Below, in pieces: positions 30,404 to 45,320 of a stretch of DNA of 64,000 nucleotides. A program made the translations under genes and the position numbers. Under the pieces are notes generated by a model, which worked only from the letters and a program-made list of their open reading frames with translations, had not been told where the DNA came from and did no database searches. Source of the DNA: Eledone cirrhosa (lineage: Eukaryota); the NCBI GenBank assembly GCA_964016885.1, contig OZ024753.1, forward strand, positions 46,128,001 to 46,192,000, given 5' to 3'. How positions within the stretch are numbered: the first letter of the stretch is position 1; the number at the start of each line of letters is the position of its first letter.

Positions 30404-30849
30404 TATAGATACGCGTATATCACCATGAGAATTAGAGACAAAAATGCAACACAAATCTTCGAGACTCTTCTATGTTTCTCCGTTTCAATTTTTTTTCTTC
30501 TTCCGAGGTTTGGCAAAGAGATTATTAAAAATACTACAGATATCATCAGTTTATTTATTCTTTTAAGTTATCAATACTTTCAGTAAACATTACAACTTAA
30601 AGAGACGTCAACAGAGAGAGAGGGAAGACACGAGACACCTCACTATATTTAGAATAAATAAATAAAAATAGACAATATATATAACTACAAACGTACACAT
30701 ATCGTCAAAAAGGAAAACTAGTGGGAAAGGATAAATAAATCAAAATAAAATTATCTCCATTTTCTTGCTCCATAAAAGCTCAATGAAAATTAGATGTGAA
30801 AAATATATATTCCAGAACACACTCCTACGTTATTCTAAGTCTAAAGTCT

Positions 30850-31102
30850 GTCTTTAGCCAGAAGGCGCATTTGGCCGGTGATTATCCCGGTTTCATGGCG
30901 TGAAGCCACTGAGAGTACAATACTTCCCCTGGACAGGACACCAGTCCATCATAGGGTTAAACCTCCAGTTATTGCTGGTACTCATTTTCAGCTGAGTATA
31001 CTGAAGCAATGTGAAATGAAGTGTTTTGCTCAAGAACGCAACACTCAACCCAGGAATCGAACCCACGACATTATGATCTAAGTCCAACACTCTTACCACA
31101 CA
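30850..31102 (-). mobile_element. tRNA-derived SINE with V-domain-like core
   Basis: Minus strand: tgtggtaagagtgttggac...gtgggttcgattcctggg head, then cttgagcaaaacactt and atgatggactggtgtcctgtccagggg. Confidence 0.8.
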
Positions 31103-31103
31103 T

Positions 31104-31145
<42 letters not shown>

Positions 31146-31297
31146 ATGTGTGTGTGTGTAAGAAAATGAGGCGGTTTTTTAAATGAAAAGAAAACGAATG
31201 AAAGTATAAGAAAAAAAGATGAATTGAAAGTATAAGAAAAAAAGATGAAAAAAAGTAGAATTGAGATGGAGTGTTTGTGGTTTTTCTCAGTCTTGAA

Positions 31298-31350
31298 CTC
31301 GCTGTTAAATCGGCAACAGCTCAGCCGTAGAGCCCCGACTCATTCTTAAA
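31298..31350 (+). mobile_element. Diverged family E fragment
   Basis: gctgttaaatcggcaacagctcagccgtagagccccgactcattctt aligns with gccgtcgaaacggcttgagctcagctgtcggggtcttactggttcct and ends at a TA run at the same position. Confidence 0.5.
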
Positions 31351-31465
31351 TATATATACATATTCATATGTGTATATACACTCGTATATGTACAAACATA
31401 TATATATACATATATATATATACAGTATCCTGTCCATATCAATGTGAGTTTGTGTGTTTGTGTGA

Positions 31466-31521
<56 letters not shown>

Positions 31522-31808
31522 TTGTACACCAACCTCAACACAGACTTGTAGCATTGTATTAGTTTCATTTACATGTAGATAGTAAATGAAAAAAAATACT
31601 ATCAAATCACAAATGACTATACAATATGATGGATGTTACTACTTACATTCACTAATTATAGACTCACAATGTCACCTGTAGATGGCGCTGATGAAAAGGA
31701 AATTAGACTGGCTTGTAGCATAATAGTAAATATTATTTTGTTTAATCAGAGACTTCGAGGAAATATGGCTGACAGCTTTCTCACAACATATAGCTATCAT
31801 TTATATAT

Positions 31809-31841
<33 letters not shown>

Positions 31842-31969
31842 GTAATGTATATAAGGAGAGTATGAGAAGGTGGGAGATACATACAGATATATATGCGTGT
31901 ATAATTACAAATCCATAAATACATACACATAATATATATAATATATATATTAGATATATATATATATAT

Positions 31970-32048
<79 letters not shown>

Positions 32049-32489
32049 TAGATATACATATAATATATATATATATACATATATATATATACATATATAT
32101 ACATAATATATATATGATGTGAGAAAAACCACAGACCTTCCATCTCATCTCTACTTTTGAAAAGCAGAAGGCCTGCGAAACCGGTAAAGGAACCAAATAA
32201 ATATATATATTTAAAAAAAAAAAAGACTCCAGTTCCATTTTCGATTTCATCTTTTTTCCTTATACTTTCACTCGTGTAGGACACCTCGGTTATTTTTCAT
32301 TTTGTAAAAAAAAACCTCATTTTCTAATATATATATATATATACACATACCTGTGTGTGTATATGAGTCGGTATATGAGTGGGTGTATGAATGTAAGTGT
32401 ATATGGGTATATATGTATGTAGTACAGAGGCGAGCAACAGTGTGACGAGTGTATTCTATACGACTGGTGACTTTAATATTGAGGTGGCT

Positions 32490-33050
32490 TGGATGGCTTT
32501 GGATCCAGTTGTACCCCAAAATTAGTGGTATCAAGCGTGTCTTCTAGTCGATCTCTAAACATTGTTTGACATAAATCGTTTGTTGGCAGATATCGATAAA
32601 CCGGGTCTACAAGGGACATTACTGCTGTACCTTTGCATCATGACAACGGTGAGTCTGCAAAACAACAAATATGAATGTCCAATCATTGAGCATTCTGGTG
32701 TAGAGAACACCAAGCATAAGCTGCCTCGTGGTCTCAGGAGAGAGGATTTAGAAGCTGTTACCTTGGAGATGCCTTGAAATAGTCATAACAAGTCACTAGG
32801 TTCACTCATGTGATGTTCTACTCCGCCTCCGATAGATGTCATTAGGAAAATGGTTCGGAGTCGAGAAAGCCGGGTTCAACGATAAATCTATCGGAAAGCA
32901 GCCGAAACTTCAACAACTTTCTATCTTGGGATTGTCGAGGTACAAATCGTGGATCTATAAGTGAAAGCTCCAGCTTATCACTGGAGAAAGTGTCGTTGGA
33001 TATCGTGTCTCTCAATGAGGGGACTTAATTCTGAGGGACCAGACGTTATT
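32490..33050 (-). pseudogene. Possible degraded PLE N-terminal ORF region
   Basis: Minus-strand pieces KLELSLIDPRFVP (like L.KG.KFVP), KGTAVM (like DKG.AVV) and LDTTNFGVQLDP (like L.D..TY..L..DP) appear in the expected order. Frameshifted. Confidence 0.4.
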
Positions 33051-33121
33051 GAGGCCAGAAAAGGGTTAAGTGAAGAAATATGTATAACAAACACGTAATG
33101 TATTCATACACACACACACAC

Positions 33122-33270
<149 letters not shown>

Positions 33271-33379
33271 CGTCTCTCGCTCTTTTTCTTCCTCCCCCTC
33301 TCTGTCTGTCTATATATATCGACGTCTCCCGCCCCCTCTTTCTATCTATCTCTCTCTCTCTCACTCTCTACACTGACAC

Positions 33380-33483
<104 letters not shown>

Positions 33484-33794
33484 CAGTGTGTATGAATATA
33501 TATTCATACACACGCGTGTGTGTACAAGAATACACTGCTGTTTGTAGTTATACATTCAAGCAGATGTGTGGGTCCTTAGAAGAAGTCGATATGGTTTTTC
33601 CTTCTATTCACGTATTAATAATCTGTTTTGGCAGTTCTAAATATGATTGATCAAATAAGATGTGCAGCGTTCAATATTTGTCTTCTGCAAGATGGATTGC
33701 TTTCCAAAGTGATCAATATATTTCGGGATCTCTTCAGACAATTTCATATTGACATTGTTATGTGCTATACATACATTCCTACAATCACACACAC

Positions 33795-33860
33795 ACTCAC
33801 GCATATATATATATATATACCTACATACATTGATACACACACATATATATATATATACAA

Positions 33861-33930
<70 letters not shown>

Positions 33931-33985
33931 ACATACATTGATACACACACACACATATATATATATACAAATGTATATATATATA
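33795..33985. repeat. Local tandem duplication within microsatellite field
   Basis: tacctacatacattgatacacacac...tacaaatgtatatat appears twice. Confidence 0.8.
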
Positions 33986-34490
33986 TTAGTAATATTCTAA
34001 GATAAGGTATTTTTTCCATCATTTAGTTTGACATTGATGTGGTAGCATGTGCTTTATTTTCCTTTTACGCTGCTATTAGCTACGTGGCTTTGGTGGGGTC
34101 TTATTGTTGCTGTTGTTGGTATTGTTGTTGTTGTTGTTGCTGTTTCAGTTTGTGGGATATGCTGTTATTGTTTTATATTTATGTTCGTATCACATGTATT
34201 TTCTTATCTTCTATGCAAGCATTTTCTCTGATGTAGAACTCTTACGATCAAGCATTTTTGAGCTCGTAGACATTACATATTTAAACGTGTATGAGCATTC
34301 TATTTACTTTAAAGTGTAGGACGTTGAATTGAGGGAAATATGATTGGTATTTCTAGCAGATAGTGTCACCTCATATATATTCTTTATTTTATTTTCAATT
34401 AGTTAGACGGGTACATTTTTATTACTAGTGTGTTCCACTGCAGTTAGATGGGTTTGGAGACATATAATGACATAATATATATTTAACAAC

Positions 34491-34540
<50 letters not shown>

Positions 34541-35537
34541 CACACACACAATCTATATCCACTCAAGAACAAAAAAAATACAGGACAAAATATGGTCTAC
34601 TATTTATGAGTGAGAGATTCGTATACAAATGTTGCAAAGATAGAGATATTTTGCAAATGATTCAGGTAGCCTCTAGCAGGTAACTTATAAAGTTTGAACA
34701 TCACCTAAATATCTTTTAAATCCCACCTTACGTTCTTGGATAGGTTAGTCAAATATAATGCTGAAAATGTGACTCTGACATGACTAAAGTGAATTTGATG
34801 ATAGGTTTACACAATTAGGCTTTGTTTGGTGTAAACCAAATAATAAAAACCTTTATAAATGTTGGTAAATACATAGATAGTTTACTTTTTACAACATTCA
34901 ATTTGTAATGTAAATAATAATATTTTGAAGAACGACACCCTCGTTATATATTCTCTAACCGAAACACACTTTGTAGCCTGTATGATAAACATAAATTTAT
35001 TTGATTATAAAAACATGTGATGAACCCATATATATATATATAGCAATACTAGCCAACAATCATATAATTAACTGTCATTTGTTAGAGATGGAAGCTGCAG
35101 ATAAAAGGATTTTCGTATTAAAGTATACAGTATATATGATGTGCCACAGGACTCTACAAACTGACATTTGTTGTCCATGTTAAAAGTTTTTTTTTATCCC
35201 CCTTCAACAAATCTCTAATACAGATTGCCACAATCATATCTGTTTACTACAATGATGTTTTGCTGAATATTTAAGTATGATTTCATAAACCATAAATTGT
35301 TTGTAATGTGTATTTATTGTGATGAATAATAACATACGTACTGAATATGACAATTTTTCAAAGGATTAGCTGTGGTTTATATAAATCTTATAATGTAACA
35401 AGATTTACGTATGGAAAACACGGAATGTCTCAAGGCTGAAATCATTAAGAATCCAGTGTTTTCGTACATGTTCTAACACATCGTTATCAATGCTATATCT
35501 GTTATCTATCTATCTATCTGTCTATCTATATATATAT

Positions 35538-36030
35538 ATAATATAAGATCAAAAGATGGTTAAAGGAGTTCCATATATTTTATTATGCGCATTTCAAAAA
35601 CAAACATCATCAAGCAATAATATTTGTGTTTTCATCAGATAAAACAGGAGAACATGATATGAAGGCTAAAAAACACTTGTGGATAGTGCAGTTTTAAATC
35701 AACATATCATCAGTTTTAAATCAACATATGATATGTTTTAAATCAACATATCATCAGTTTTAAATCAACATATGATATGTTGATTTAAAACTGCACTATC
35801 CACAAGTGTTTTTTAGCCTTCATATCATGTTCGCCTGTTTTATCTGATGAAAACACAAATATTATTGCTTGATGATGTTTGTTTTTGAAATGCGCATAAT
35901 AAAATATATGGAACTCCTTTAACCATCTTTTGATCTTATATTATGCATACTCCAGTCCCACAAACTGTAGAGTGCTTCTTATCCGATATCTGCATTGCTT
36001 TATTGTACTACAATAAAACTCACCTCCTAC
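35538..36030 (+). mobile_element. Fold-back HHR element family A, copy 2
   Basis: ~170-bp arms (35538-35707 and ~35775-35944). The centre has extra gttttaaatcaacatat repeats. HHR on + strand at 35838-35904 with a mirror on -. Same termini as copies 1 and 3. Confidence 0.9.
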
Positions 36031-36055
36031 ATATATATATATATATATATATATA

Positions 36056-36259
36056 TAACGAAGGAAATGTGGTAAGGAACCAGGTGGACCATAACGCACC
36101 AAAGTACTCAATACTTGGGGTAGTAGAGTGGGTAATAGGAACCAGTAAGACCCCGACAGCTGAGCTCAAGCCGTTTCGACGGCTAATTCTGGACTCTGAG
36201 TCCAGAATTAGCCGTCGAAACGGCTTGAGCTCAGCTGTCGGGGTCTTACTGGTTCCTAT
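36056..36259 (-). mobile_element. Fold-back element family E
   Basis: Perfect 62-bp arms at 36135-36196 and 36198-36259 with a 1-nt loop, plus a unique tail at 36056-36134. In the same TA tract as family A copy 2. Confidence 0.9.
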
Positions 36260-38129
36260 ATATATATATATATATATCATATTGTTAATATCAAATATTT
36301 TCTCTGTGAAATCAGTCTTGTGTTGATGTGTAAATAATGATCATTTAATGAGGTAAAAGTTTGGAAATATTAAGTGGGCGAACAGTCAACTAAATCAAAC
36401 CTTACACTTTACTAGCCCGCCACTTTATCAGATCATAAAACTTTGGAAACCAGTTGTTTTTGCCTCCAATTCGGTCCCTCCACCGCTATATTTATGTGTA
36501 AAGAATTGTTTCTCGCAAAAGTACAAAAAAAGGAATTTCGAGTGGCCGTTTATTGAAATAATTCGTCCCTTCTGTTTGACACCTACTCCGTATAACTCTC
36601 CTGTAATAATTAGAGGCAAAATTCACACTACTTGGATTTTAAGGCGGAATGTAAAGATCCGGAAGAACTACCGCAAGATATTTTGTTCGACACACAAAAA
36701 AATAAATATAATGATTTACCCTGCAGGAAAGAATGACTGCTCATCATCAACAGGTACAGGATACCATTAACAGACAAATACATTTTAGTGAATATCTGGT
36801 TCTATGTCTAAAAAAGAAATATCCTATCTACCAAATATCTCGCCGTAAAAATGTAAAACTTTTAAATAATGAAATTATTTATTAAACTCTTCATTAATAA
36901 ATTCAAATTAAAGTAAACAAAATAGGAGAAAACAGTAAAAATATTTTACTTAACTAAAAAAGAACAACTAGAAGTATTAAAATGAATTAAATCAAATAAA
37001 GATTTGAGGTATATGGTTTCTTCCGGGATGCGAAACCTTAACTTCAAACTAATATAAAATGACAATATATACTAAATATAGAAAGTTTCGTTTCCTTGAT
37101 ATTTTATTTTAATTATTTGAAATTTGCCTTATTATCTGTTAATTAACCAATAATTTGTTTACATTCTTCACTTTAATCTATTTCAAGTTATAAACTATTA
37201 TAATAATGATACAAATTTAATCCTGTGAACTGAGAAGTATCTTCTCTATAACCTCTAGGTAAATACTTCATATTAATGAGGCCCTCCGTAGAAAGAAGTA
37301 GTTTACGATATAATCTTTAAAAAACTGTAACCTGCTTATTTATTTTTATTTATTTTTCTAAGGATTGGTGTTGATTTTAATCTAACGTAGTGTCAGAAGA
37401 AACTTGGTTTGATAATAAAATTAAATGAACAATTCAACCCGTAGGTTCCAGAAAAGAACTAACACTCATTACTTCGTTGCTTGATTACTGGAAAGCAAAC
37501 AGCTAATCAGTGAAACTAATTGGAATGCAAATTTCCCGCCAGAGGTAAGAATTATAACCGAGAAGAGAACGCAAGTTTCTAATACAATATATTTATACCA
37601 CGAAATACTATGCATATTATTAACATTTTTGGAAGCGTCTATTTCCTAATGGAAGCAAATGTAAAATATTCTTCAGACACTGCCGTTAGGGCACGTCAGG
37701 GGCGGGTTTATTAGGAAAGTGGTTAATTAGTTGGGGTCTTAATTGGCTTTTCGTCTTCTGCGTCATTCCCCAAAGGCCCAAGTTGTCATTTGGTGTTCCA
37801 CATACCAAATAATTAAACGTGTAGTTATTGATTCAGTGATGGTATATCAGAGAACTTTGATGATATGGTATAACACTTTTGTGATTGTTATAAAGGACAA
37901 AGTCACGAGTGCTGTTATGCTCTGAGTTAGGTTAGATATAGTGTCCAGAATCTTGCTGGATCACCAGAGGTGGAAGGAACAAAGAAATAGAGAGTGGGAT
38001 ATATTTAATGGTGGAAGTGCAAATATTTAATCTCAAACGAAAGGTAAACCTGAAATGTTTGTATAATTTTATTACACACTTAATACGAAGAGAAGGCTCC
38101 GAATTGCTAGTCGTTACAACGTCTAATAG

Positions 38130-38215
38130 AATGATTTGCGGTATTTACTTCGGCTTTCTTCTATCTGACTTCATTTGAAGTCGATAAAAAAAGTACCCGT
38201 CAAGTACTGGGGTGA
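38130..38215 (+). mobile_element. Degraded octopus-type SINE fragment
   Basis: gcggtattt...gtcgataaaaaaagtacccgtcaagtactgggg matches the SINE core at 40470-40503. Weaker fragments at ~2690-2750 and ~6790-6840. Confidence 0.55.
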
Positions 38216-38407
38216 ATTCTACCTCTATATTTCTTTCTCACTTCCATTCTCTCATTCTCTATCCTTCTCTGGAAGAAATCTGCTGTATTCAGACTTGGAG
38301 AAGAGATGGACTCAGGTTTTTAAAATGCCTAAAAAAACGCCGTATGTCAATATGGCGTCTCTGAGACTCCTTTGAGAGTTATGGCACCATGCAGGCAATA
38401 CAAACAG

Positions 38408-38495
<88 letters not shown>

Positions 38496-38857
38496 ACTGT
38501 TGAATAATTGCACAATTTTTTTTTTAAAACATTTTGTTGGAGACTTGCAGAAATATATTTATTTCTTATTGAACAACAAATTATAAATATTTATGATATT
38601 GAAATATCAGAAGTGAGACGCTGCCTTTTGTGACATAGCATATAGAAAAAATATTATCCGACTGTAGCTACCCGATTTAGTGCACTATATCATGAAAAAC
38701 ATTTAATCAACATCTACCACTAGCCTGGTGCATATGACATCAGGAAAAATTAAGATAATATATTATGTTGGAAATTGATACAGAATTCCACTATACATGT
38801 AATATAATAATATATGCCATTAAAGTCACAGTGTTCAGTTACGTATACCCTACAGCC

Positions 38858-38920
<63 letters not shown>

Positions 38921-38947
38921 TAGGAATACACACACATATATGTATAC

Positions 38948-38981
<34 letters not shown>

Positions 38982-39081
38982 GTATACATATATATATATA
39001 TGTTTATATATATATACATAAATATATTAATACAATTATTGTATATATATATATATCTGTGTGTGTGTGTGCGTGTGCGCG

Positions 39082-39141
<60 letters not shown>

Positions 39142-39439
39142 GTGACATTCACTCTTTTCCCACTTTTAGCCAGCAGTAGAAGATATACACATTTGTACTA
39201 AAAACAATCAATAGAAAAGGCAAAAATAGAAATGCACACACACAATACACGCACACACAACATACACAAACACACTGAGAACCACACTCTCATACATACA
39301 AATATATACTTGAATACGTGCCTCTGTGTGTGTGTGTGTGATTGATAGATATCTTTATAAATAATTGTATCTCTTCCTCTCTTTTAAGTGTGCATTTTTC
39401 TGTATATTATTATGTGGCCGTCTTTTTCAGAATGCGTAC

Positions 39440-39785
39440 CTATATATTGTGTATTTGCTTGCGTATGAGTATGTGTTTGCGGATGTGCATGTTTGTGTAT
39501 GTGTATATGTGTATATTCGTGTATGTATGTGTGTATATTCGTGTATGTGTGTGTGTATGTGTATGTTTGTGTATGTGTTCGCGTGAATGTTCGTGTATGT
39601 ATGTGTGTATATTCGTGTATGCGTGTATTTATATCTGTGCATGTATCTGTGTGTGTACGTATGAATGTTCCCGTATGTGTATGTGTATATGTGCATGTTT
39701 GTGGATGTGTGTGTATTCATGTTTATGTCTATGCACCTATATGTCTATGTATGTGTGAATGTTTGTGTGTATGTATATATGTGTT
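39440..39785. repeat. Degenerate (TG/TATG)n low-complexity tract
   Basis: Mixed tgtgtatg/ttcgtgtatg units. Confidence 0.8.
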
Positions 39786-40071
39786 TCACATTCTCATCAT
39801 GGTAACCTCATTAAATATGGCAACATACCGTTTATTAGATTGATCTTTACAGACAAATATTAATTGTAATAATATAATTGTCTGTGATAAAAAAATACTT
39901 CCACCATTGTCAGCATTTCCCACAGACTTGTTACCGCTGTTGTTGCTGTTGTTGTAGCTGTTGTTATATTTGTTTTTTGTGTTTGTTGGTTTCCGAGTTG
40001 TTTATTTTTGTCTGCTACTTGTAGCTTCTATACAGGAAAACATAGATATATATATATATATATATATATAT

Positions 40072-40300
<229 letters not shown>

Positions 40301-40354
40301 TACCGATTAGTTTTATAAATATATATATATATTATATTATATTATATATTATAG

Positions 40355-40540
40355 TAGATTGGCAGTATCGGTAGAGAGTCGGACACCATGCTTTGAAGCA
40401 TAGAGTTACGTCCCTTTATGACCTGAGTTCAAATACCGCCGAGGTTAACTTTGCCTTTCATCCTTACGGGGTCGATAAAATAAAGTACCAGTAATGTACT
40501 GGGTAATTGCTGGCCTTGTGCCTAAAATAGAAACAATTAT
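40355..40540 (+). mobile_element. Octopus-type tRNA-derived SINE
   Basis: A-box-like tggcagtatcggt, B-box gagttcaaatacc, core tttgcctttcatcc...gtcgataaaataaagtaccag. (attat)n on both sides. Confidence 0.85.
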
Positions 40541-40560
40541 ATTATATTATATTATATATA

Positions 40561-41130
40561 TAACAGCCTCCAGAAGATGTGGTGTTATGGAGGCATATTT
40601 CGATGTCGAATCACAAGAATTTAGTGTTGGGCTTGTCGTTTAGACTTTGGTCTTTTGGTCCAGAAGTTGAACCTTGCTTCATATTTTATTTCCAGTATGA
40701 TCCCATCCAGGGCTTTTTTACTGGTCCTCCGCGTGTCGGATATCGTCGGGTTGATGTGCCGGGTAGTGGGTTTTCTATGGAAGTCTTATTTCTGGCCATG
40801 GATGTGAAGTGCTGTTCCCGTGGGTTCAAAGGTTCAGTCCTGGATATTGAGGTTTGAAGTGATGGTGCGTCCCTGATCGTTATTTTTTGCGGGGATTATA
40901 CGTGGATTGGACTTTCCTTGAATGGATTCCGGGCTGTATTTAATCGGTGTGTGAGTATCTATCCTGGTTGAGAAAGCATAGGTTGCTGGTTTTGTCGGAG
41001 TACACGAGGACGTCGTCGTTGCTTCGATAATTCCTTATCTTGTTGTTAGAATCGATTAGAATGTTTGAATTCAACTCCTTTAATCAGGATGAAATGATCG
41101 GCCTCAAATGGGGTTGGGTTGTCGTGTGCT
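40561..41130 (-). pseudogene. Degraded Penelope-like reverse transcriptase fragment
   Basis: Minus strand translates to K*DFHRKPTTRHINPTISDTRRTSKKALDGIILEIK, then (frameshifts) SLNDKPNTKFL*FDIE and YASITPHLLEAV. These match PLE RT motifs KDHK..F...P..RLINP..S.IG..SK..LD and FDI..FYPSI. The catalytic-Asp end abuts a TA-rich run. Confidence 0.7.
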
Positions 41131-42212
41131 CTAAGATTTAAAACCATATAACGAAAATGACAGAGAGAGATTGGGAGAAAGGCGGTGGGGGTAAGGAAAT
41201 GGTACAGAAGAGGGATAAAAAGAGATTTATAGAATGACAGACGTCAGTAGTATGTAGATCGCATGCTGCGGTAGCTTCTAGTTTTTTCCTGTCTAATTGA
41301 TATCTGTACAAATAAGATAGAGACTGCGCTAATGTTCTCTCTAATAATACAACAAACAGTTAAAACATGACATGAGATATTGCTGGAGAAAAACATAACC
41401 AATTGTCATCACATGACACGAACATATATCCGTTATAATTGATATTATGTACACAAACAATTGAAGCCAGTCAGCAAGTTGATACGACTCGTATGTGTGT
41501 ATATGTGTGGAGCGGTCTTTGTGTGTGTTTGGGTTTTTTTGTGTGGGGGGAGATCTTTGTGTGTGTATGGGGGGTGACTATTTGAGTTTGTATACAAGGA
41601 TTACTCACAAACTAAAATTTCAAATGGATTTGTGTTAGTTTAAACGATGCGCATCCCAGTTCGATCAACTGAACTACCAACTAGTGACGATAGAGAAATG
41701 GGATGGGGGGTCGTACTTACCCCCTCCCTTCTCCCCCACCTCCAAGCAATCAAAAACTTAAAGACAAAATTGACCTTCGTAGGATGTTAACAGTTAAGAA
41801 GCTGGAACTAATACCAAGGAATTTAAGCCGACGTTCTAATGACATTATTCCACGCCTAAATCTTACACTTGTTTTAGTTTTATCTTTTCTTCTTTTAATT
41901 GTATCACAATATAATTTCACCTACTTCAATCAACTTCGAAATCCTCTTCAAATCTACAACAATATATCCTATAAATTATATAATCAAACGATTTTCTGTT
42001 ATTTTCTCTCCTTCTATTTTTCTTCTTCTCTTATGATAAAATTTGAATGAATGAATGTGAATATCTAAACAGTATATATTGTAGATTGAACAATCTAAGA
42101 AAGGCGTCTGTGAATAGAAAGAACCCTTAACATGGGAGACATTATACTTCTCAATGTTTTTTTATTCTTGAGTGGTTATAGATTGTGTGTGTGTATTTAT
42201 ATACACACACAA

Positions 42213-43261
<1,049 letters not shown>

Positions 43262-45320
43262 CCATATACAGAAACTGACTGGGAATACATTGATCTGGCA
43301 TTCTTACAATAGGGCCGCCGCTCCAGCTGAATCTATGTTGAATTATGACAGATTCAATACTTTCAAAATCACTTCGTTCCACCATTCCAACATCATTCAT
43401 ATGCCATTGCCAATGCATACCGAGTATTCTGCAAAGACGTTGTTGATGAAAATATGCGACCAGTTTTATCTTTTGGTGGTATATAACACCAGTTTTACAT
43501 GCACACAGCAATGAAGAAAATACACATACCCTGTGTTCATTTAACTTTGTATCAATGGAAATCCCACACCGACCAGAGTTGCCCATCTAAATTTCCAAAC
43601 GCATCACTTGCTTTCTTTAGTCCTAAATAGATTTCATAATCAAAGGTGCTGCTACATGCATATGTTTATCAAAGGTACTGCTATATACATATGTTTATCA
43701 AAGGTACTGTTACATACATATGTTTATCAAAGGTACTGCTACATGCATATGTTTATCAAAGGTACTGCTATATACATATGTTTATCAAAGGTACTGCTAC
43801 ATGCATATGTTTATCAAAGGTACTGCTACATGCATATGTTTATCAAAGGTACTGTTACATGCATATGTTTATCAAAGGTACTGTTACATGCATATGTTTA
43901 TCAAAGGTACTGCTACATGCATATGTTTATCAAAGGTACTGCTACATGCATATGTTTATCAAAAGTACTGCTATATACATATGTTTATCAAAGGTACTGC
44001 TACATGCATATGTTTATCAAAGGTACTGTTACATGCATATGTTTATCAAAGGTGCTGCTACATGCATATGTTTATCAAAGGTACTGCTACATACATATGT
44101 TTATCAAAGGTGCTGCTACATGCATATGTTTATCAAAGGTACTGCTACATACATATGTTTATCAAAGGTACTGCTACATACATATGTTTATCAAAGGTAC
44201 TGCTACATGCATATGTTTATCAAAGGTACTGCTACATGCATATGTTTATCAAAGGTACTGCTATATACATATGTTTATCAAAGGTACTGCTACATACATA
44301 TGTTTATCAAAGGTGCTGCTACATGCATATGTTTATCAAAGGTACTGCTACATACATATGTTTATCAAAGGTACTGCTACATACATATGTTTATCAAAGG
44401 TGCTGCTACATGCATATGTTTATCAAAGGTACTGCTACATACATATGTTTATCAAAGGTGCTGCTATATACATACATGTATCAAAGATACTGCTACATGA
44501 ATATGTTTATCAAAGGTGCTGCTACATACATATGTTTATCAAAGGTACTGCTACATGCATATGTTTATCAAAGGTACTGCTACATGCATATGTTTATCAA
44601 AGGTACTGCTACATACATATGTTTATCAAAGGTACTGCTACATACATATGTTTATCAAAGGTACTGCTACATGCATATGTTTATCAAAGGTACTGCTACA
44701 TACATATGTTTATCAAAGGTACTGCTACATGCATATGTTTATCAAAGGTACTGCTACATACATATGTTTATCAAAGGTACTGCTACATACATATGTTTAT
44801 CAAAGGTACTGCTACATGCATATGTTTATCAAAGGTACTGCTACATACATATGTTTATCAAAGGTACTGCTACATGCATATGTTTATCAAAGGTACTGCT
44901 ACATACATACATGTATCCACAACCCTCAATGCTTTGCCATACAAATAAATACTAGGTTCAACGAAGTCCTTGCCCAGAGCCAGTTGATAAATAACAACTA
45001 CATGCCACTAAAAAAGAATCCCTTAGGTGCTGTATGCCACTGTCAGTGGGAATAACACTATCACAATCATCAGCATATAAATATTCAAGTATTAAAGAAA
45101 TGAACACCTTTGACTTGGCAGAAAACTGTCTGATGTTAAACGAACGGAAATTTCCATACGTACAGTCGTCAAATGCCATAAGGAAAAACATAGGGTAAGA
45201 GAATAGAAAGAGAACAAGTGTTGGTATATCCCCTTGTTTTACCAGATGTTCAATAAAATGGGATCTGACAGCTATCCACCGATATTGCCCCAAGCTGTGG
45301 CATATCATACATTGCCTTCT
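43262..45320 (-). pseudogene. RTE (BovB-like) LINE ORF remnant, split by a minisatellite
   Basis: LVKQGDIPTLVLF, LEYLYADDC (YADD), DYEIYLGLKKASDAFGNL, and GISIDTKL...[15 protein letters not shown]...[15 protein letters not shown], colinear with RTE RT and C-terminal motifs. Confidence 0.85.
43639..44916. repeat. 29-bp minisatellite, about 44 copies
   Basis: Unit atcaaaggt(a/g)ctg(c/t)ta(c/t)at(g/a)catatgttt with period 29 (43639, 43668, ...). Confidence 0.97.

Noticed and set aside
43639-44916. CRISPR-like array (29-bp repeats)
   Set aside because: The repeats are contiguous with no unique spacers, there are no cas genes, and the context is eukaryotic.
43608-44955. 446-, 411- and 284-aa Cys/His/Tyr-rich ORFs resembling a repeat or zinc-finger protein
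   Set aside because: All three frames give the same peptide because the stop-free 29-bp unit is not a multiple of 3. The array lies antisense within a dead LINE.
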